From the NCBI GenBank assembly GCA_009924895.1, contig RFQR01000004.1:16328-80327 (forward strand): a stretch of DNA of 64,000 nt, written 5' to 3'. This stretch comes from a bacterium (GTDB taxonomy: Bacteria; Patescibacteriota; Minisyncoccia; Phycocordibacterales; UBA2100). Positions 50,101-61,000 of the stretch are shown piece after piece. The stretch's first letter is position 1. Every line of letters begins with the position of its first letter. The notes under the pieces are model-generated. The model was not told where the DNA came from. It did not search any database and saw only the letters and a program-made list of their open reading frames with translations. Position numbers and translations under genes: made by a program.

Positions 50101-51379
50101 CGATACCTCCCGCAATACCTCCTACAACTGCATTTCCTCCTGCTCCAAAAGGTCCTGCGCCCGCAACAGCGCCTGCGCCCAAATTCACGGCCATCGTCGC
50201 ACTTGTAGTTGCAAGAGACCGTTGAAATGTATTCATGTCCCAGCCTATTTTACCGGCTTCTTTCTTTGTAACTTCAAAGATTTTGGGCACAGAGATAGGA
50301 GGATCTACGCCTTCATCGGCAGACTTTACATGAGCCGCAGGTGCAGTAAAGTCTGTATGTGTGCAGCCGGTTACAATAAACAGATTCACAGTATTTCCAG
50401 TCGTGGATACTGGTTGACTGACTGAATTTGCATTTTTATCTGTTTCAGATTTGCTGAAGTAAAATCGACGATAGGACACCGTATTTCCAGGATCATCATC
50501 GTATGTGGTCCCGTATGATTCTGTATAGTTATCGCCTGTAATAGGATGGAAGGATACTGTTTTCATTGCGCAGGCGACATCACAGGATAGTTCAGAGGAT
50601 GCTATGACGCCATAAAACATCACAATATATTCAAAACTGAGTCTACCATCGGATAATAACTTTGCATGCAATGTAGATTGATCATAATAAAACTGGGCCA
50701 TGCGATCCATCATAATAGGGTGTGCAAAATCACACACAGGAAAATCGAGTTGATTCGTATTTGTAGGAGGATTCAATCCTGGATCATATACAGTAACGGT
50801 TTTTGGAAGCATTGCTGGTCGCGCATATGTTTGCTTGTTCCCCCAACACACGCCGGCCACTTCATGAAACCCATCACGACATCGTTCACGACAAAGAGCC
50901 CCTACATCGATATCATTACCCCTACATCCCTTCCAGCAGACACCTAAGACTTCTTTTTCATCACCGCTACAATTTTCACGACAAAGAGCCCCTACATCTT
51001 TATCGCCTGGATTACATCGCCCCCAACATACGCCTAAGACTTCATTCTCTTGATCGTTACATTTATCACGGCAAAGAGCCCCCACATCTGTTTGATTACC
51101 TGTACAGTCTTGCCAGCATACGCCTAACACATAGCGCCACCCAGGTCCATATGAATCACAATTCTTTTTTGTGCAAAGTGGTAGTATAACCCAGTCATCG
51201 TCACCTGGATTACAGGATGAAACACAGAGTCCCACGCCATTATGTTTAAAAGTATCCCCATATTTCCTACAATTCTTCTCTCGTTCCAATACACTATGTT
51301 TAATTTTTTTCATATATGTATCATACCTGCAGTTACTCCAATCTTGACATAGTGGAAAACATACGCCCCCACCACCCAT
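47192..51379 (-). CDS. Giant protein (1395 aa) with N-terminal 4x Cys-rich tandem repeat and discoidin-like domains
   Basis: Four repeats of VLGVCWxxCxxxDxDVGALCRExCxxxExE, encoded by DNA repeats at about 50800-51300. YVDIDLG and YIEIDLG discoidin-like motifs. Gly-rich hydrophobic segment GAVAGAGPFGAGGNAVVGGIAGGIAGGMAG. Confidence 0.8.
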   Translation of the reverse strand: MGGGGVCFPLCQDWSNCRYDTYMKKIKHSVLEREKNCRKYGDTFKHNGVGLCVSSCNPGDDDWVILPLCTKKNCDSYGPGWRYVLGVCWQDCTGNQTDVGALCRDKCNDQENEVLGVCWGRCNPGDKDVGALCRENCSGDEKEVLGVCWKGCRGNDIDVGALCRERCRDGFHEVAGVCWGNKQTYARPAMLPKTVTVYDPGLNPPTNTNQLDFPVCDFAHPIMMDRMAQFYYDQSTLHAKLLSDGRLSFEYIVMFYGVIASSELSCDVACAMKTVSFHPITGDNYTESYGTTYDDDPGNTVSYRRFYFSKSETDKNANSVSQPVSTTGNTVNLFIVTGCTHTDFTAPAAHVKSADEGVDPPISVPKIFEVTKKEAGKIGWDMNTFQRSLATTSATMAVNLGAGAVAGAGPFGAGGNAVVGGIAGGIAGGMAGQAVTDAYDRAHAVSVSLGKSVEHQIVGNPKDGLFVATNNDYYTINHGPIYEKRAADKSGYVPSFSFCEKVITTELLCTNEFVLRDTINRYQTLRNKHIKTVLGIEPRGKNGCYYKWTSVSYDPSRNVEGTDIQFEEVVRRYEIKDKSTCVWAPTDDFSQDWNQYPLRSYTDPLTQETIYPTRRTLSVPKIQGRYIRIRPSLTANDRILQLSQVVVYNSVGKNAALNKYARSTSSNGGKGPTKIVDGTIAVLNGVENIFQMNGQDEYVDIDLGYLQLINTVYIYGMLDSPNTSRNAGIRIQILDANGAQVAEKATSNQDYIQYVDFTDQVINQFNVPKAPFVVPRALPIETTLGSCPARCQDKRQIDTFIQQFNSNNTNQILKVLRAVTRSTDRCDYDVEMLRDVGNGKTTVGRDIVSAQVGVTDRTSDNGIAYGRYVRMTPAANGGPGYLAVSQIVVWSNSVNIALNKPVFATSKKYRASTPDTIVDGYTGPRNAGDYWELGNNTQSNEYIEIDLGAVYPINAIDYCPGLDAPLTNISKTYMQVLVDNDINATPIWQTNLPNISTPNAIRLTFPNCSYSFSNYSYDSTFIQENTPYLQSVDTVGGILTFNTIGDKIMNMLSSVVKPIIDSNPTKALDENVNKAETTVINLTNTVGASQVFLEACSVYGAQAIKQLKCNNPTVMNMIMEYYNASTTPASNETIKTTRTMSQISAIGTTKTKKYEWAPPSNIDATCDVLFSELYNAYDDILYNPIVTQTNTLAKRFKININNAGSVCATPLTPTAIRNLISISSYTDISNNAYGLTSSSSLDTPYTNPQCQINCRDPNVVSSIKRAFDSKQSSKTSSYDTSVNTTLQTLTAIQQSFARTPSMCEYMIMKDVTKKSSIASNSSINTGISTYLTASFSDACDTNSLKEVIEFDPDTVSITTAGTVFVEGVERITPSLFSYNTAKPSNKVNEVLQKIS

Positions 51380-51427
51380 CTACTATAAGAATATATCTGA
51401 TAGTAAAATGTATTTACGCAAAGTGTA

Positions 51428-53482
51428 TCAACAGTTCCACCGCCTACAGCCGCAACTCATATAGACTGAATCTCGGGAATCGGCCCAACAATCAAGTGTT
51501 TGCGTGCCTATACCTGTTTTTGTGTCAAGATTTTCGCCTGGCCATTGTTGGTCACAGGGTGTATAATCCACAGGATATACGTTTGCAGAGCGCGTATAGG
51601 TTGTTATACGGGACTCTTTGGCTTTGGTCTGTGGAACACGGCTTGATTTGGCATATGTTCTTGGAACTCTACTTTCTTTTGCATATGTTGTTGGAACATA
51701 TGTGCTAATATTACAGAGCATATCCACATCAGACGATGTCCATGTTCCGGGATCGCACGGTCCTCTCGCAATCCCAGCTGTTATTTTCCATCCTGGAGGC
51801 AATGAATCACTGGTATTTTTATGACTTGTAAAATCACTACGTGGTTCTGTCCCCCTCGCATACGAATGTTTGTTCACGGACATTGTTGTATCCGCCATAT
51901 AGGGTTGTAACATATATGGAGATTTCAGTGTCATACTACCATCGGGTAGATAGCATACATATGACTCAAATGCGTCAAGGACCATGAAGGGTGGTAGAAA
52001 TGTGGTAATAATAAAATATAACGTGTCATCATTAATAAGAGTGGCTAACGGTTTCCCACCTGGAGGACATACTCCTCCATTTTCAAACATTTTATCAAAT
52101 AGAGTGGGAAGGAGAACTTGCAATGTTAGAAAAGCAGCCATGCATATTCCATCCATTACGTTCCATATGGTAGTGATTGTATCCATTATGATTGCCAAGT
52201 TAACAAACGCTGGCGCGGCGGGTGTAAAACATGCGGCTGTTATAACACTTGACATTGCTGTTAATGCAGCACTAATAGATTGAAATACACTAAGTTTTGT
52301 AGTAACTGTTGCAAGTTTTGCCTGCAGTTTGCTTCCTAAGAGCTGCTTTAACGTATTTGCATATGCTTTTGCTTGATTAAATCCAGTCATGAGTTTTGTG
52401 ACGGGGCCAAACTTTGCTAACTGTTTCCCAACTGCTTGCACCGGTCGTCCAAGCCTTTCTGCCACTTTTGATTGGATACTCGCCATTTTCGCCTGCAAAA
52501 TCTCGGTAGGTTTTCCAATCGCATCAATCGTGCGTTGATATATTCCAGGACGCCGTTTTTTATACTGATCATCTTCAAATAGCTCGGCCTCCGTTAACAT
52601 GCCACCACTCGCGAGTTTTGCTTGTCTCGCCTCATTTCTCGAATCAGCGATTCCACCCCAAGATGCCGTTTTTTGAAATAATTTCAGTTGGGCATTCGTG
52701 AGTCCCTGCTTTCCCGATCTATTCATTGCCCCCGCCATCTCATCTTGTGCCTTTGTCATTATAGAATTATATATAGTTGTTGCAACGGTTGTCAGTGCCG
52801 TTTGACCTACTGCAGCTGCAGTAGCCTCTGCCGTTTGTAACATCATGGCCGTATTAGGATCATACGCATCTACGCCAAGAAATAGGGAATGATATAAAAT
52901 GGCTTCTCCCTGCTCTACTACATTCTTGGGATCGGATAGGGCCTTTTGAATGTAACATTTCGTAAAAATACTTCGAGATGCCGCAGATGTTACGTCGCCC
53001 CATACAACATCCTTTTGCAAATATTGCGCATTGTCCGCATCCCACGGAATACTGGAAATATCGGCATCAAAGTTACTCAAATACGAGCCAAAATCGGGAA
53101 TAAGTGTGTCTGTGACGGGTATTGAATTTAATAAATCCAGCATATCTTGTGTTGGATATAAGTTGGCACCCGCATATTGTTTGTATTTATCGTCTTGCAT
53201 TGAAAAAGACACTTTCATCGATGGACCATTCCATATAGGGAAATTGGGAGCAGTATTGGTATCAAATCCTTCTACTACTGGAACATCCCCATACGATACA
53301 GAAGTAAATGTTTGAGCAGGGATTGTATCTCGTGCTTTTTTAGGTGATATATATCCCATCGCGGGAGCCTTTTCTGCTACGGGTGTTGTGTGGCGCCGCT
53401 TCCATATGAAAAAGTAAATAAATAAACTACATGTAATAAGAAGTCCTAGAAATGGAAATAGAATATGTAATCTAGACCGCAT
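51428..53482 (-). CDS. Polytopic membrane protein (684 aa)
   Basis: N-terminal TM plus several internal hydrophobic helices (AAFLTLQVLLPTLF, FIITTFLPPFMVL). Confidence 0.7.
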   Translation of the reverse strand: MRSRLHILFPFLGLLITCSLFIYFFIWKRRHTTPVAEKAPAMGYISPKKARDTIPAQTFTSVSYGDVPVVEGFDTNTAPNFPIWNGPSMKVSFSMQDDKYKQYAGANLYPTQDMLDLLNSIPVTDTLIPDFGSYLSNFDADISSIPWDADNAQYLQKDVVWGDVTSAASRSIFTKCYIQKALSDPKNVVEQGEAILYHSLFLGVDAYDPNTAMMLQTAEATAAAVGQTALTTVATTIYNSIMTKAQDEMAGAMNRSGKQGLTNAQLKLFQKTASWGGIADSRNEARQAKLASGGMLTEAELFEDDQYKKRRPGIYQRTIDAIGKPTEILQAKMASIQSKVAERLGRPVQAVGKQLAKFGPVTKLMTGFNQAKAYANTLKQLLGSKLQAKLATVTTKLSVFQSISAALTAMSSVITAACFTPAAPAFVNLAIIMDTITTIWNVMDGICMAAFLTLQVLLPTLFDKMFENGGVCPPGGKPLATLINDDTLYFIITTFLPPFMVLDAFESYVCYLPDGSMTLKSPYMLQPYMADTTMSVNKHSYARGTEPRSDFTSHKNTSDSLPPGWKITAGIARGPCDPGTWTSSDVDMLCNISTYVPTTYAKESRVPRTYAKSSRVPQTKAKESRITTYTRSANVYPVDYTPCDQQWPGENLDTKTGIGTQTLDCWADSRDSVYMSCGCRRWNC

Positions 53483-53546
53483 ATGGCCTTCTTCTATTTC
53501 AAACCCTTAAAAAACTCTTATTCGAATATGCGCGCTTCGTATTGAC

Positions 53547-53996
53547 TTACTCGCTTGTCGATACTCCGAACTTTTCTTGTATTTTGAGAATAGATGCTTT
53601 CATTACATCATCTCTATTGGGAATTAGAACATCGGGAATAGGATGCGTCGCAGATATCGCATCGCATCCGAATGTATTCGATGCGTTCGTGAAATGTTCA
53701 ATAAGTTCTTTTGTATGTTCCATACTATTTACAGCATTTTTCTGTTCATATTCTGCAAGAATACCCTTGTTGGCACGAAGACTTTTTAGTATACCATGAC
53801 ATGCCTGTATTTTAGTATTTCCTTCCATGTTGGAAAATCCCTCCAAGCGTGGTCGCGTGTATATGTATATTCCTACTATGAGTAGTCCAATACACATCCA
53901 AAATAAAGTATATAGAATATCCCAGGCCATTCTTCTTTCTACATTCGATACATTATAATCCATATGTTTCGCACCCATGTTTGGTAAATAAGCCAT
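53547..53996 (-). CDS. Small membrane protein (149 aa)
   Basis: TM AWDILYTLFWMCIGLLIVGIYIY. Confidence 0.45.
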   Translation of the reverse strand: MAYLPNMGAKHMDYNVSNVERRMAWDILYTLFWMCIGLLIVGIYIYTRPRLEGFSNMEGNTKIQACHGILKSLRANKGILAEYEQKNAVNSMEHTKELIEHFTNASNTFGCDAISATHPIPDVLIPNRDDVMKASILKIQEKFGVSTSE

Positions 53997-54261
53997 GAAA
54001 CATCTTTAGTGTTTCATCCAGATTTACAATAAGAATATCCTTGTGTTTCTCTTTTATTTCAGTATAGTTGTCGATTTGTGATTTCAGTTGTAGGCATATT
54101 TCTTCAGATGCCTGTTGTGCCGGAGAATCTTGTGCTGTTTCTTGCGGTATGTCTTGAAAGCCATCCCTTTGTTTTGAGTGCAAGTATAGTATATATCCTA
54201 TACAGCATGCTAGAATGTAATATAGACCATATCGTTGAAAATGCTTTATAAGTTGCTCCAT
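53953..54261 (-). CDS. Small membrane protein (102 aa)
   Basis: TM GLYYILACCIGYILYL. Confidence 0.4.
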   Translation of the reverse strand: MEQLIKHFQRYGLYYILACCIGYILYLHSKQRDGFQDIPQETAQDSPAQQASEEICLQLKSQIDNYTEIKEKHKDILIVNLDETLKMFHGLFTKHGCETYGL

Positions 54262-54303
54262 TTACTATAGCAACAGTTGAAAAATTTTTATAAAAAAGCA
54301 CGA

Positions 54304-56649
54304 TTATTTCCAGGGAGTATTACATTTATATTTATTTAATACATTACGTAAGTTTGTTCTCTCATTTGTTAGATTTGTAACAGTGGGAGTAATGGCACCA
54401 AGGTTTGTGCGTATATTTGTATAATTCGTATTCACATCCGTATAAGCTCTTTTAATTTGAACGCAGCTTGCTGTAGTTGCATCCGTGCACGACGGATTTG
54501 ATGGATTTTGAATACATGCATTTACAGCACCGTCATTACATTGTAATCCTTTATAGATTTGATCTAATGTTTGTGTAGCATTGTTTAGTTGTGTATCCCC
54601 ATTCATCAAACCTGTTTGCATATTTACGATATTTGTTAAATTATTACTTAAATCGGTATACGACTTCATAAATACATCACAACTAGAAGAGTAGTTCATT
54701 TGCACCCTGTTCGCATATCCAGTATTATTTAAAATATCGCGAACACTTTCACAAAAATACATCCCCGTCGTTGGATCATCCGCTATACAAATTTGATCAT
54801 TCGGGTCGAGGCTATTATTCAACATATTTGTAGCAAGCTCTTCAGTATCACATAACCATTTATTATATGAACCAAAGGATGTTTTTGTGCAGGAAGTTGC
54901 CTGAAATCCTTCTACGCAGGATCCCCCAATCTTTTTTGTTCCAGGCGGACAGTCATATATACACGTGCCTTTATAGAATATTTCATTTGACTTACATATC
55001 TGTGATTCCACTTCTGAATCGCGCGTGCGCGAGATAGATTTCGGAGTACAATTCACAGAATCCGATAGCTCATTTTCTGTACATGTTTTTGCACACTGCC
55101 CATGTATGAAATGTTCATCCGTATTACAAATAGGGACCTTTTTTTCCGTTTTGAAAGGGGGTTTAAATGTTCGAATAGTATTTTCGGTTACTCCGTCTGG
55201 AAATGCGCATGCTCCCTCTTTGGGAGTAGTTCCTGTAGGACATACGGAATAACAATTATCAGGGTTCATATGCAAATAATGACCCAAAGGACATTGTTCT
55301 TTCCTATTCCACTGCCCTTGGCGGAAGGGTTCTATATCTGTAAACTGTGCTTCAGGCGGTTTTACACCGTAACATGTTGCAGTGTATGTTGCATCACCCT
55401 CTAGGCCTGCGTCCGCGATTTGTTCCGCAGTGGCAAGAACCCCTCCGTATCTTTTACACTTGTATACTGCTTCTTCTGACCCCCCCTTTACACGATATAC
55501 TTCTTTTTCAGGCATATATTCGGAGACATCCCCGCTCCCAGCTTTATTACATGTTGCAGCTTCTATCATATACACTTCATATCCAGAAGGGCATGAATAT
55601 AATACAGGATACTGTGTATTCGTGGCTCGGGTCGGGCGCAACACAGGGATTCCATTACACATGGAACCATTCTCTACATATCCTTCTGGGCACTTTGAAT
55701 AACAACTGCCATTTGCGCGCGTAAACCCGTCTTTGCAGGCTGCAGTATCTGCTATCCGCGTGTTAACCATCGAAGAGTTGGAACTGAAACATACGACATG
55801 TTTCATTGGCTGAGTTCCAGGGAGCAGAGTCCACGAAGCGGAAGGAGTTTGACTCAATGAAAAATATATCTTATCATTTGTTCCAACACCATATATCATA
55901 TGATTTGTTAGGGATATCTGTTTCATGGCAGCACCCTTCAGTTCTCGCCAGTTTGGTGACACCGTCACATTCGTATCTGCGTAAAAGACTGTATTCGTAG
56001 AATCCAGCACCGCTACATCGGATCCATCAAAGACTACTTGTAGGAATGTTCTACCGGCAAGTGTGCCTGAGACATTGACCCATACAGATTCTATAAAGTT
56101 GGGCGTATAATACAGGACGTTCTCGGTTCCTATTGCATAGGCCGCCCCCCCTTTTATAGATATATATGTATATGTATTGCCTTCATATGCAGGTATAAAC
56201 AGCGTGGATTTCGTTACATCTTTTATATATATCAGTTTCTTCGATTCATTGATTCCAGCTATCATAGGAAAATCCATAGATACCTGTGTCACCGAACCGT
56301 CCAATATACTCCATGTATAACTCGCTCCTGTCAATAAAGTCCCATAATGGGCTACATTTGCATTATCTACACCTACCAGTTGTCCAGAAGATCCTGATAC
56401 TTGCTCAAAGCCTTCTGTGACGGCTTTCCAGTTTGGTATATTTGTGAGCCCATCATTTGCAATGAATAGAGTCCCATTGGGTGTCAGACCAGATAAGAGA
56501 ATACTTTCCATATTCGCCATACCTTCACATGATGGGTATAATATCCAGAGTCCTACTATACATAAAATGACTCCGAATAGAAATATATATAACATGACCC
56601 CTCCTACTAAGAACCTGGTTCTTATCTTGTGTACAGGACACGGTATCAT
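54304..56649 (-). CDS. Cys-rich membrane glycoprotein (781 aa)
   Basis: N-terminal TM. Many paired Cys and N-x-S/T sites. Its ATG overlaps the stop of the upstream GT4 gene (ATGA). Confidence 0.75.
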   Translation of the reverse strand: MIPCPVHKIRTRFLVGGVMLYIFLFGVILCIVGLWILYPSCEGMANMESILLSGLTPNGTLFIANDGLTNIPNWKAVTEGFEQVSGSSGQLVGVDNANVAHYGTLLTGASYTWSILDGSVTQVSMDFPMIAGINESKKLIYIKDVTKSTLFIPAYEGNTYTYISIKGGAAYAIGTENVLYYTPNFIESVWVNVSGTLAGRTFLQVVFDGSDVAVLDSTNTVFYADTNVTVSPNWRELKGAAMKQISLTNHMIYGVGTNDKIYFSLSQTPSASWTLLPGTQPMKHVVCFSSNSSMVNTRIADTAACKDGFTRANGSCYSKCPEGYVENGSMCNGIPVLRPTRATNTQYPVLYSCPSGYEVYMIEAATCNKAGSGDVSEYMPEKEVYRVKGGSEEAVYKCKRYGGVLATAEQIADAGLEGDATYTATCYGVKPPEAQFTDIEPFRQGQWNRKEQCPLGHYLHMNPDNCYSVCPTGTTPKEGACAFPDGVTENTIRTFKPPFKTEKKVPICNTDEHFIHGQCAKTCTENELSDSVNCTPKSISRTRDSEVESQICKSNEIFYKGTCIYDCPPGTKKIGGSCVEGFQATSCTKTSFGSYNKWLCDTEELATNMLNNSLDPNDQICIADDPTTGMYFCESVRDILNNTGYANRVQMNYSSSCDVFMKSYTDLSNNLTNIVNMQTGLMNGDTQLNNATQTLDQIYKGLQCNDGAVNACIQNPSNPSCTDATTASCVQIKRAYTDVNTNYTNIRTNLGAITPTVTNLTNERTNLRNVLNKYKCNTPWK

Positions 56650-58004
56650 TCGTCATCCTCTTTTACCGCTTTAAGACGACGAATCAAGGTTTCACACGAC
56701 GTTTCCCACGTATACTTGAGGACTTTTTCCTTCGCCGCTTTCCCATGCGCCTCTTTCTTATCATTGTTCAAGAGATACTCCTCCATTGCGAGACAGACAT
56801 CATGCGGATCACATGCCATCGCTTCCCCTCCCACGGGACTAAATGCCCCTGGCAGATAATAACGAATCGTGGGCGTAATAAGGGAAGAGTTCTCGGAACT
56901 ACAGAACTCCTTATAGCCACCAATATCCGGGACCACCTGAGGAACGCCTACACCCATTTGTTCAAACTGACATAACCCCCACCCTTCCCCATCCGCTGTA
57001 GAAATACCTACATCCGCTGCATTATAAAATAAGTTGATTTCTTCGTCCTTAAAGGACATGTTTTGCGCTGTGATAATAAGACGATTTGCGAACTGCTCAA
57101 TAGCAACACCTCGTAGTTTCAGTTCATGCGAAAAAATGTTAAATAAATCCCATCCACCTTTTTCCCCCCTGTCGCAAATACACAGAAGGTATATGGGCTT
57201 GGTAGGATACTTCACTAAGAGCTCCACAAATGCCATCAATAGAATATCATACCGTTTCCGTGGCTGATTACGATTTAAATTTAGAAAGAGAAAGACGTCA
57301 GGGGGCAACGATAACTGTTTTCTCGCCAACTCGCGTGGCACAGAAAAGAACTGCTTGGAGTTGAATCCGTGCAACAATACATCGACGGGTCGTGTAATGT
57401 TCTGGTCCTTCAAGCACTTCTTCCAATACGGACTAAATGCAAACACTCTATCTGCGTCACGATTCAAAATATCGAGAAATATTTGATTCTGTTTCGTATA
57501 TACTTGATCGCAATAAACCCATAGTTGAAAATTCCTAGGAATGCCTGATTTTCGAATAGCCTCCATAAACTGTGTGACGACCGCCATATCATTATATATC
57601 ATAACCACCTGGGGCTTTTTCTTTCGAATCACATCAGGAAGAATCCCATATCCAAACCCCTGTTGCAATGGTTTTTCCAAGGCTGCCACATCAATCACAT
57701 CAACACCCGGAGGATATGGGCGAAAGACATTGGATAGTTCATGAAACTTTTGAATGCCAAAATGAGTTATATGTAACCAGGGGTGTTTTGCAAGCTCCGT
57801 AAGAATACCATGTGATACTTTTGAATATCCAGTAAACTGATGGACATGTGTGCTTACAAGTAGAAATCGAAGTGTATCTGGGCTGGGCTCGGTCTTTGTA
57901 AACATTGAGCCAAACCCGATAGTAGAAAGAGATTGTGTTTCCGTTTTTGTGGCCAATAATGTTTCTAGATTTTTTAAATACTCGGGAAGATTGGGATCAC
58001 TCAT
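56646..58004 (-). CDS. Glycosyltransferase, GT4-like
   Basis: GEGWGLCQFEQMGVGVPQVVPDIGGYKEF is the E-x7-E motif. GT-B N-terminal Rossmann region. Confidence 0.85.
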   Translation of the reverse strand: MSDPNLPEYLKNLETLLATKTETQSLSTIGFGSMFTKTEPSPDTLRFLLVSTHVHQFTGYSKVSHGILTELAKHPWLHITHFGIQKFHELSNVFRPYPPGVDVIDVAALEKPLQQGFGYGILPDVIRKKKPQVVMIYNDMAVVTQFMEAIRKSGIPRNFQLWVYCDQVYTKQNQIFLDILNRDADRVFAFSPYWKKCLKDQNITRPVDVLLHGFNSKQFFSVPRELARKQLSLPPDVFLFLNLNRNQPRKRYDILLMAFVELLVKYPTKPIYLLCICDRGEKGGWDLFNIFSHELKLRGVAIEQFANRLIITAQNMSFKDEEINLFYNAADVGISTADGEGWGLCQFEQMGVGVPQVVPDIGGYKEFCSSENSSLITPTIRYYLPGAFSPVGGEAMACDPHDVCLAMEEYLLNNDKKEAHGKAAKEKVLKYTWETSCETLIRRLKAVKEDDE

Positions 58005-58029
58005 TCTTCCTAGTCATTGCTATGATACT

Positions 58030-61000
58030 TTAGACCTTTCTCCATTCTCCTACCACTTTATAGAAATTCTCACGACATTCCATCCATGACAAAAGGAGTT
58101 TCATACGATATGCTTCAAGCATTGTTTTGTTTTTCATAAGTTGCTCTATAAACTGGGCCGCATCCTTCCAGCTGGAGAGGGGTAATATTTGCAGATGCTC
58201 TGTTATCCAGTCAATCCACATACGGTTCTCCTCCGTTTTCACTAAAATGGGTATACATCCACATTCGAGTGCTTCATAGAAACGAAATGTCTCTGGATTC
58301 ATTCCATCGGGGCAGGGAACAAACACTGTATCCAGGAGCGTAGATATATACGCATTTTTGTCAAGGGATCCTGGATCATTCCAGTCGTTGAAGAACTGAG
58401 ATGTATATGTGCAGGAAATATCAAATAGGGGCTGCATATTGGTGCGCCGATTTTTCCAGTTCGTGCCAAAAAAAGACCATGCGAGTGTTCGAAACGGGAG
58501 TCTTGGTGTCTTTTCTAAGACATTTTTGGACCCCCCATGTAATGTCCAATGAAACCCAAGTGGAATCGTGGTGACTTTTGCGGGAAGTGTCTCACGAATA
58601 TAGAAACGCAGAACTTTCTCACATCCACTCAAATCATAGAGATCTATATCATCGTCTAACATTTCATCACTTAGATGGAGCACACGGAATTTGGCGCCGG
58701 CATCGGACCATCTTGTCAACATATGTGTAATTTTCGGAATATGAGGTCGCTGTAGTATTACGATTGGCGTATCCGTGGGAGGAGTGGCATCTACTGAAAT
58801 CTTCTCAATCGGGGCCAGGGAGGGCTTTCCAAATAAGTCGAGTAACCATTGACCTTCATGTAGGTGTGAAAAATCCAGGTTTTGTTCAGCGAGGCAGACA
58901 AACCGAAAGGGGAGCTTGACTGATGTAGAATAGCTCCTCTTTCGCATCCCTCGGCTCATATATGGCAGGCGCCGGACGTTGAGAACTTGGACGGGTTTCG
59001 GCGGAGCGCGGATCTCCTGTAGGGCCGCAGCAATATCCATCGGGGTATCTGGCAACTCTTTCGGTGTAAAACGCTCATCATTATTCCATAAGTCACTGTC
59101 AAACCCATCAATCCTATTGAAGTCATTAAACTGACTATTTGCATATTTCGGGTCGTCGTCTTGGTAGCAGCCGGCCACAATCGGGTCCAAGATATAGGAC
59201 TTTAGAATATTCACAGGATTACAAAGCACATGGTCCGCACTTGTCCAAAATCCATCCCTATCCTCGATCATCTGAATGATTTTCTGCGCACCCCGCTTTG
59301 TAAGTATATATGCATACGCGCATAAGTGAAAATAGCGCGTAGGCGTGGTTTGCCCCCAAAGTGTATTTTCTTGTATACGGCAAAAGGAGTCATTTACACG
59401 CTCTTTGATTGTATCAAAGCTTGCTCGATTGGGTGGAAGCACGCCTCCCAGATATAGAATATCGTAATCTTCTGGAATATCCTCTACGGCCGCCTTCCAT
59501 GCATTTTCCCACCCAGGACGAAGCTTGACATCATCCTCCAAAATCAAATAGTTTTGAATATTTGTATGTTCATGTGCCAGTTTCCACCAAAGTCCTAAAT
59601 GACTCAGGGCACATCCAGCCACCGCCTTTTTCCAGAAAAAGTCATTGGATTTCAGGACGCGCTGGACACTCGGTGTCAACTCGAGCGCGCGACCATCTAT
59701 TGCAGACCAACGCTCGACGCGCCCTTGGAGTTCTGGGCAGTTTTTCCAAAGGCGTTCTAGGCGATCTGCGCGACGGTCGAGATTAATAACATATGCATCA
59801 TCAATCTGTTCTGTAAATGGGATATGCGCTTGGAAGTTCCCGCGATGCATATACAGGGAACGACCGGATGTAAATGTTTTCCGGAGACTTCTATCACAGC
59901 ATACGGGATCGAGTGGATACCGTGCAACCGAATGACGCATGGCGAGAATACTCAAAATGCTCTGATCGTGGCGATGGCCGTAGGGTTTTCCATCTGGACC
60001 GACGCCGGCCCATTTGGGACCTACAAGAACTTCGCGTCGTTTTGCAAGGGCCATGGCTTCTTGAAAGAGGTGTGTGGCCGGGGCAACGCCCGCGCGATAT
60101 ATTATATTTGCTGCTTGAATTTGTTGAGCCGCTAGTTCGGCACCGGTGACATGAAGGGCTTCACAAAACTCGGGAGAACACCAGCGCTTGTTTTCCTCTC
60201 GAGGATCTTCTAGGAAACAGAGACCAGATGCCTGCGCTTGTCGCATCCAGGCTTGTGGCCAACGACATAAAAAGGATCCGGCGTCGGTATAGAAAATGAT
60301 CTTCTTTGCAAATTCCTTGCGTCCACACACCTCGTTGAGAATCCATATCTTCCAACCAAAATGTTGAGGATCCCAGAAATCCGTAAAAGCATCTGTAGGG
60401 GGAGTTGTATCTGGAAGAGACTCAAACGCGGCAAAGGGAAACTTGGATTGTAGAACAGCTCCTGTATCTTCCGGCACATCTGAAGAAAGAAATACGAGGG
60501 CCTTCAGTTCCGGCATGGCCTGCGTTTGTGTTCCAACGGAAATGAGCCAGTGTTGCAGGGATGGGAGATACTTACGAGTGGCGCAGGTAACCATGAGAGG
60601 AACTTCGAGCGTGTTCTCTATATCGGGCTTCACCTCGGGCTTCACCTCGGGCTTCACCTCGGGCTTCACTTCGGGCTCCGCCGCTGCTACATATGTATCA
60701 CCTACGGTCACCGGGAAAGAGTTCACGGCAAAACCACCCAGGCCGAATATACGCCGAGCACATTCCGCCATCGTGCGATGACACCAGGCAACTTTATAGG
60801 GATCCAGTGCAGGAACTGCAAATCGTTTCAACCACTCGCTGTCATTTTCATCTACACGCTGCACAGCCTCTATGAGCTGTTCCGGTGTTGTAAACTCACG
60901 CGCATCAATACAACCAGACACATTAAAATCGCGTTCAAATGCGGGGTCGCCCCAATAAATAGGAATGCATCCGGCCGCTTTTGCATGCAGATATTTTTCT

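Noticed and set aside
50803-51189. 128-aa + ORF with HDKEPLH...Y repeats
   Set aside because: Antisense shadow of the four Cys-rich repeats in the 1395-aa minus-strand gene.
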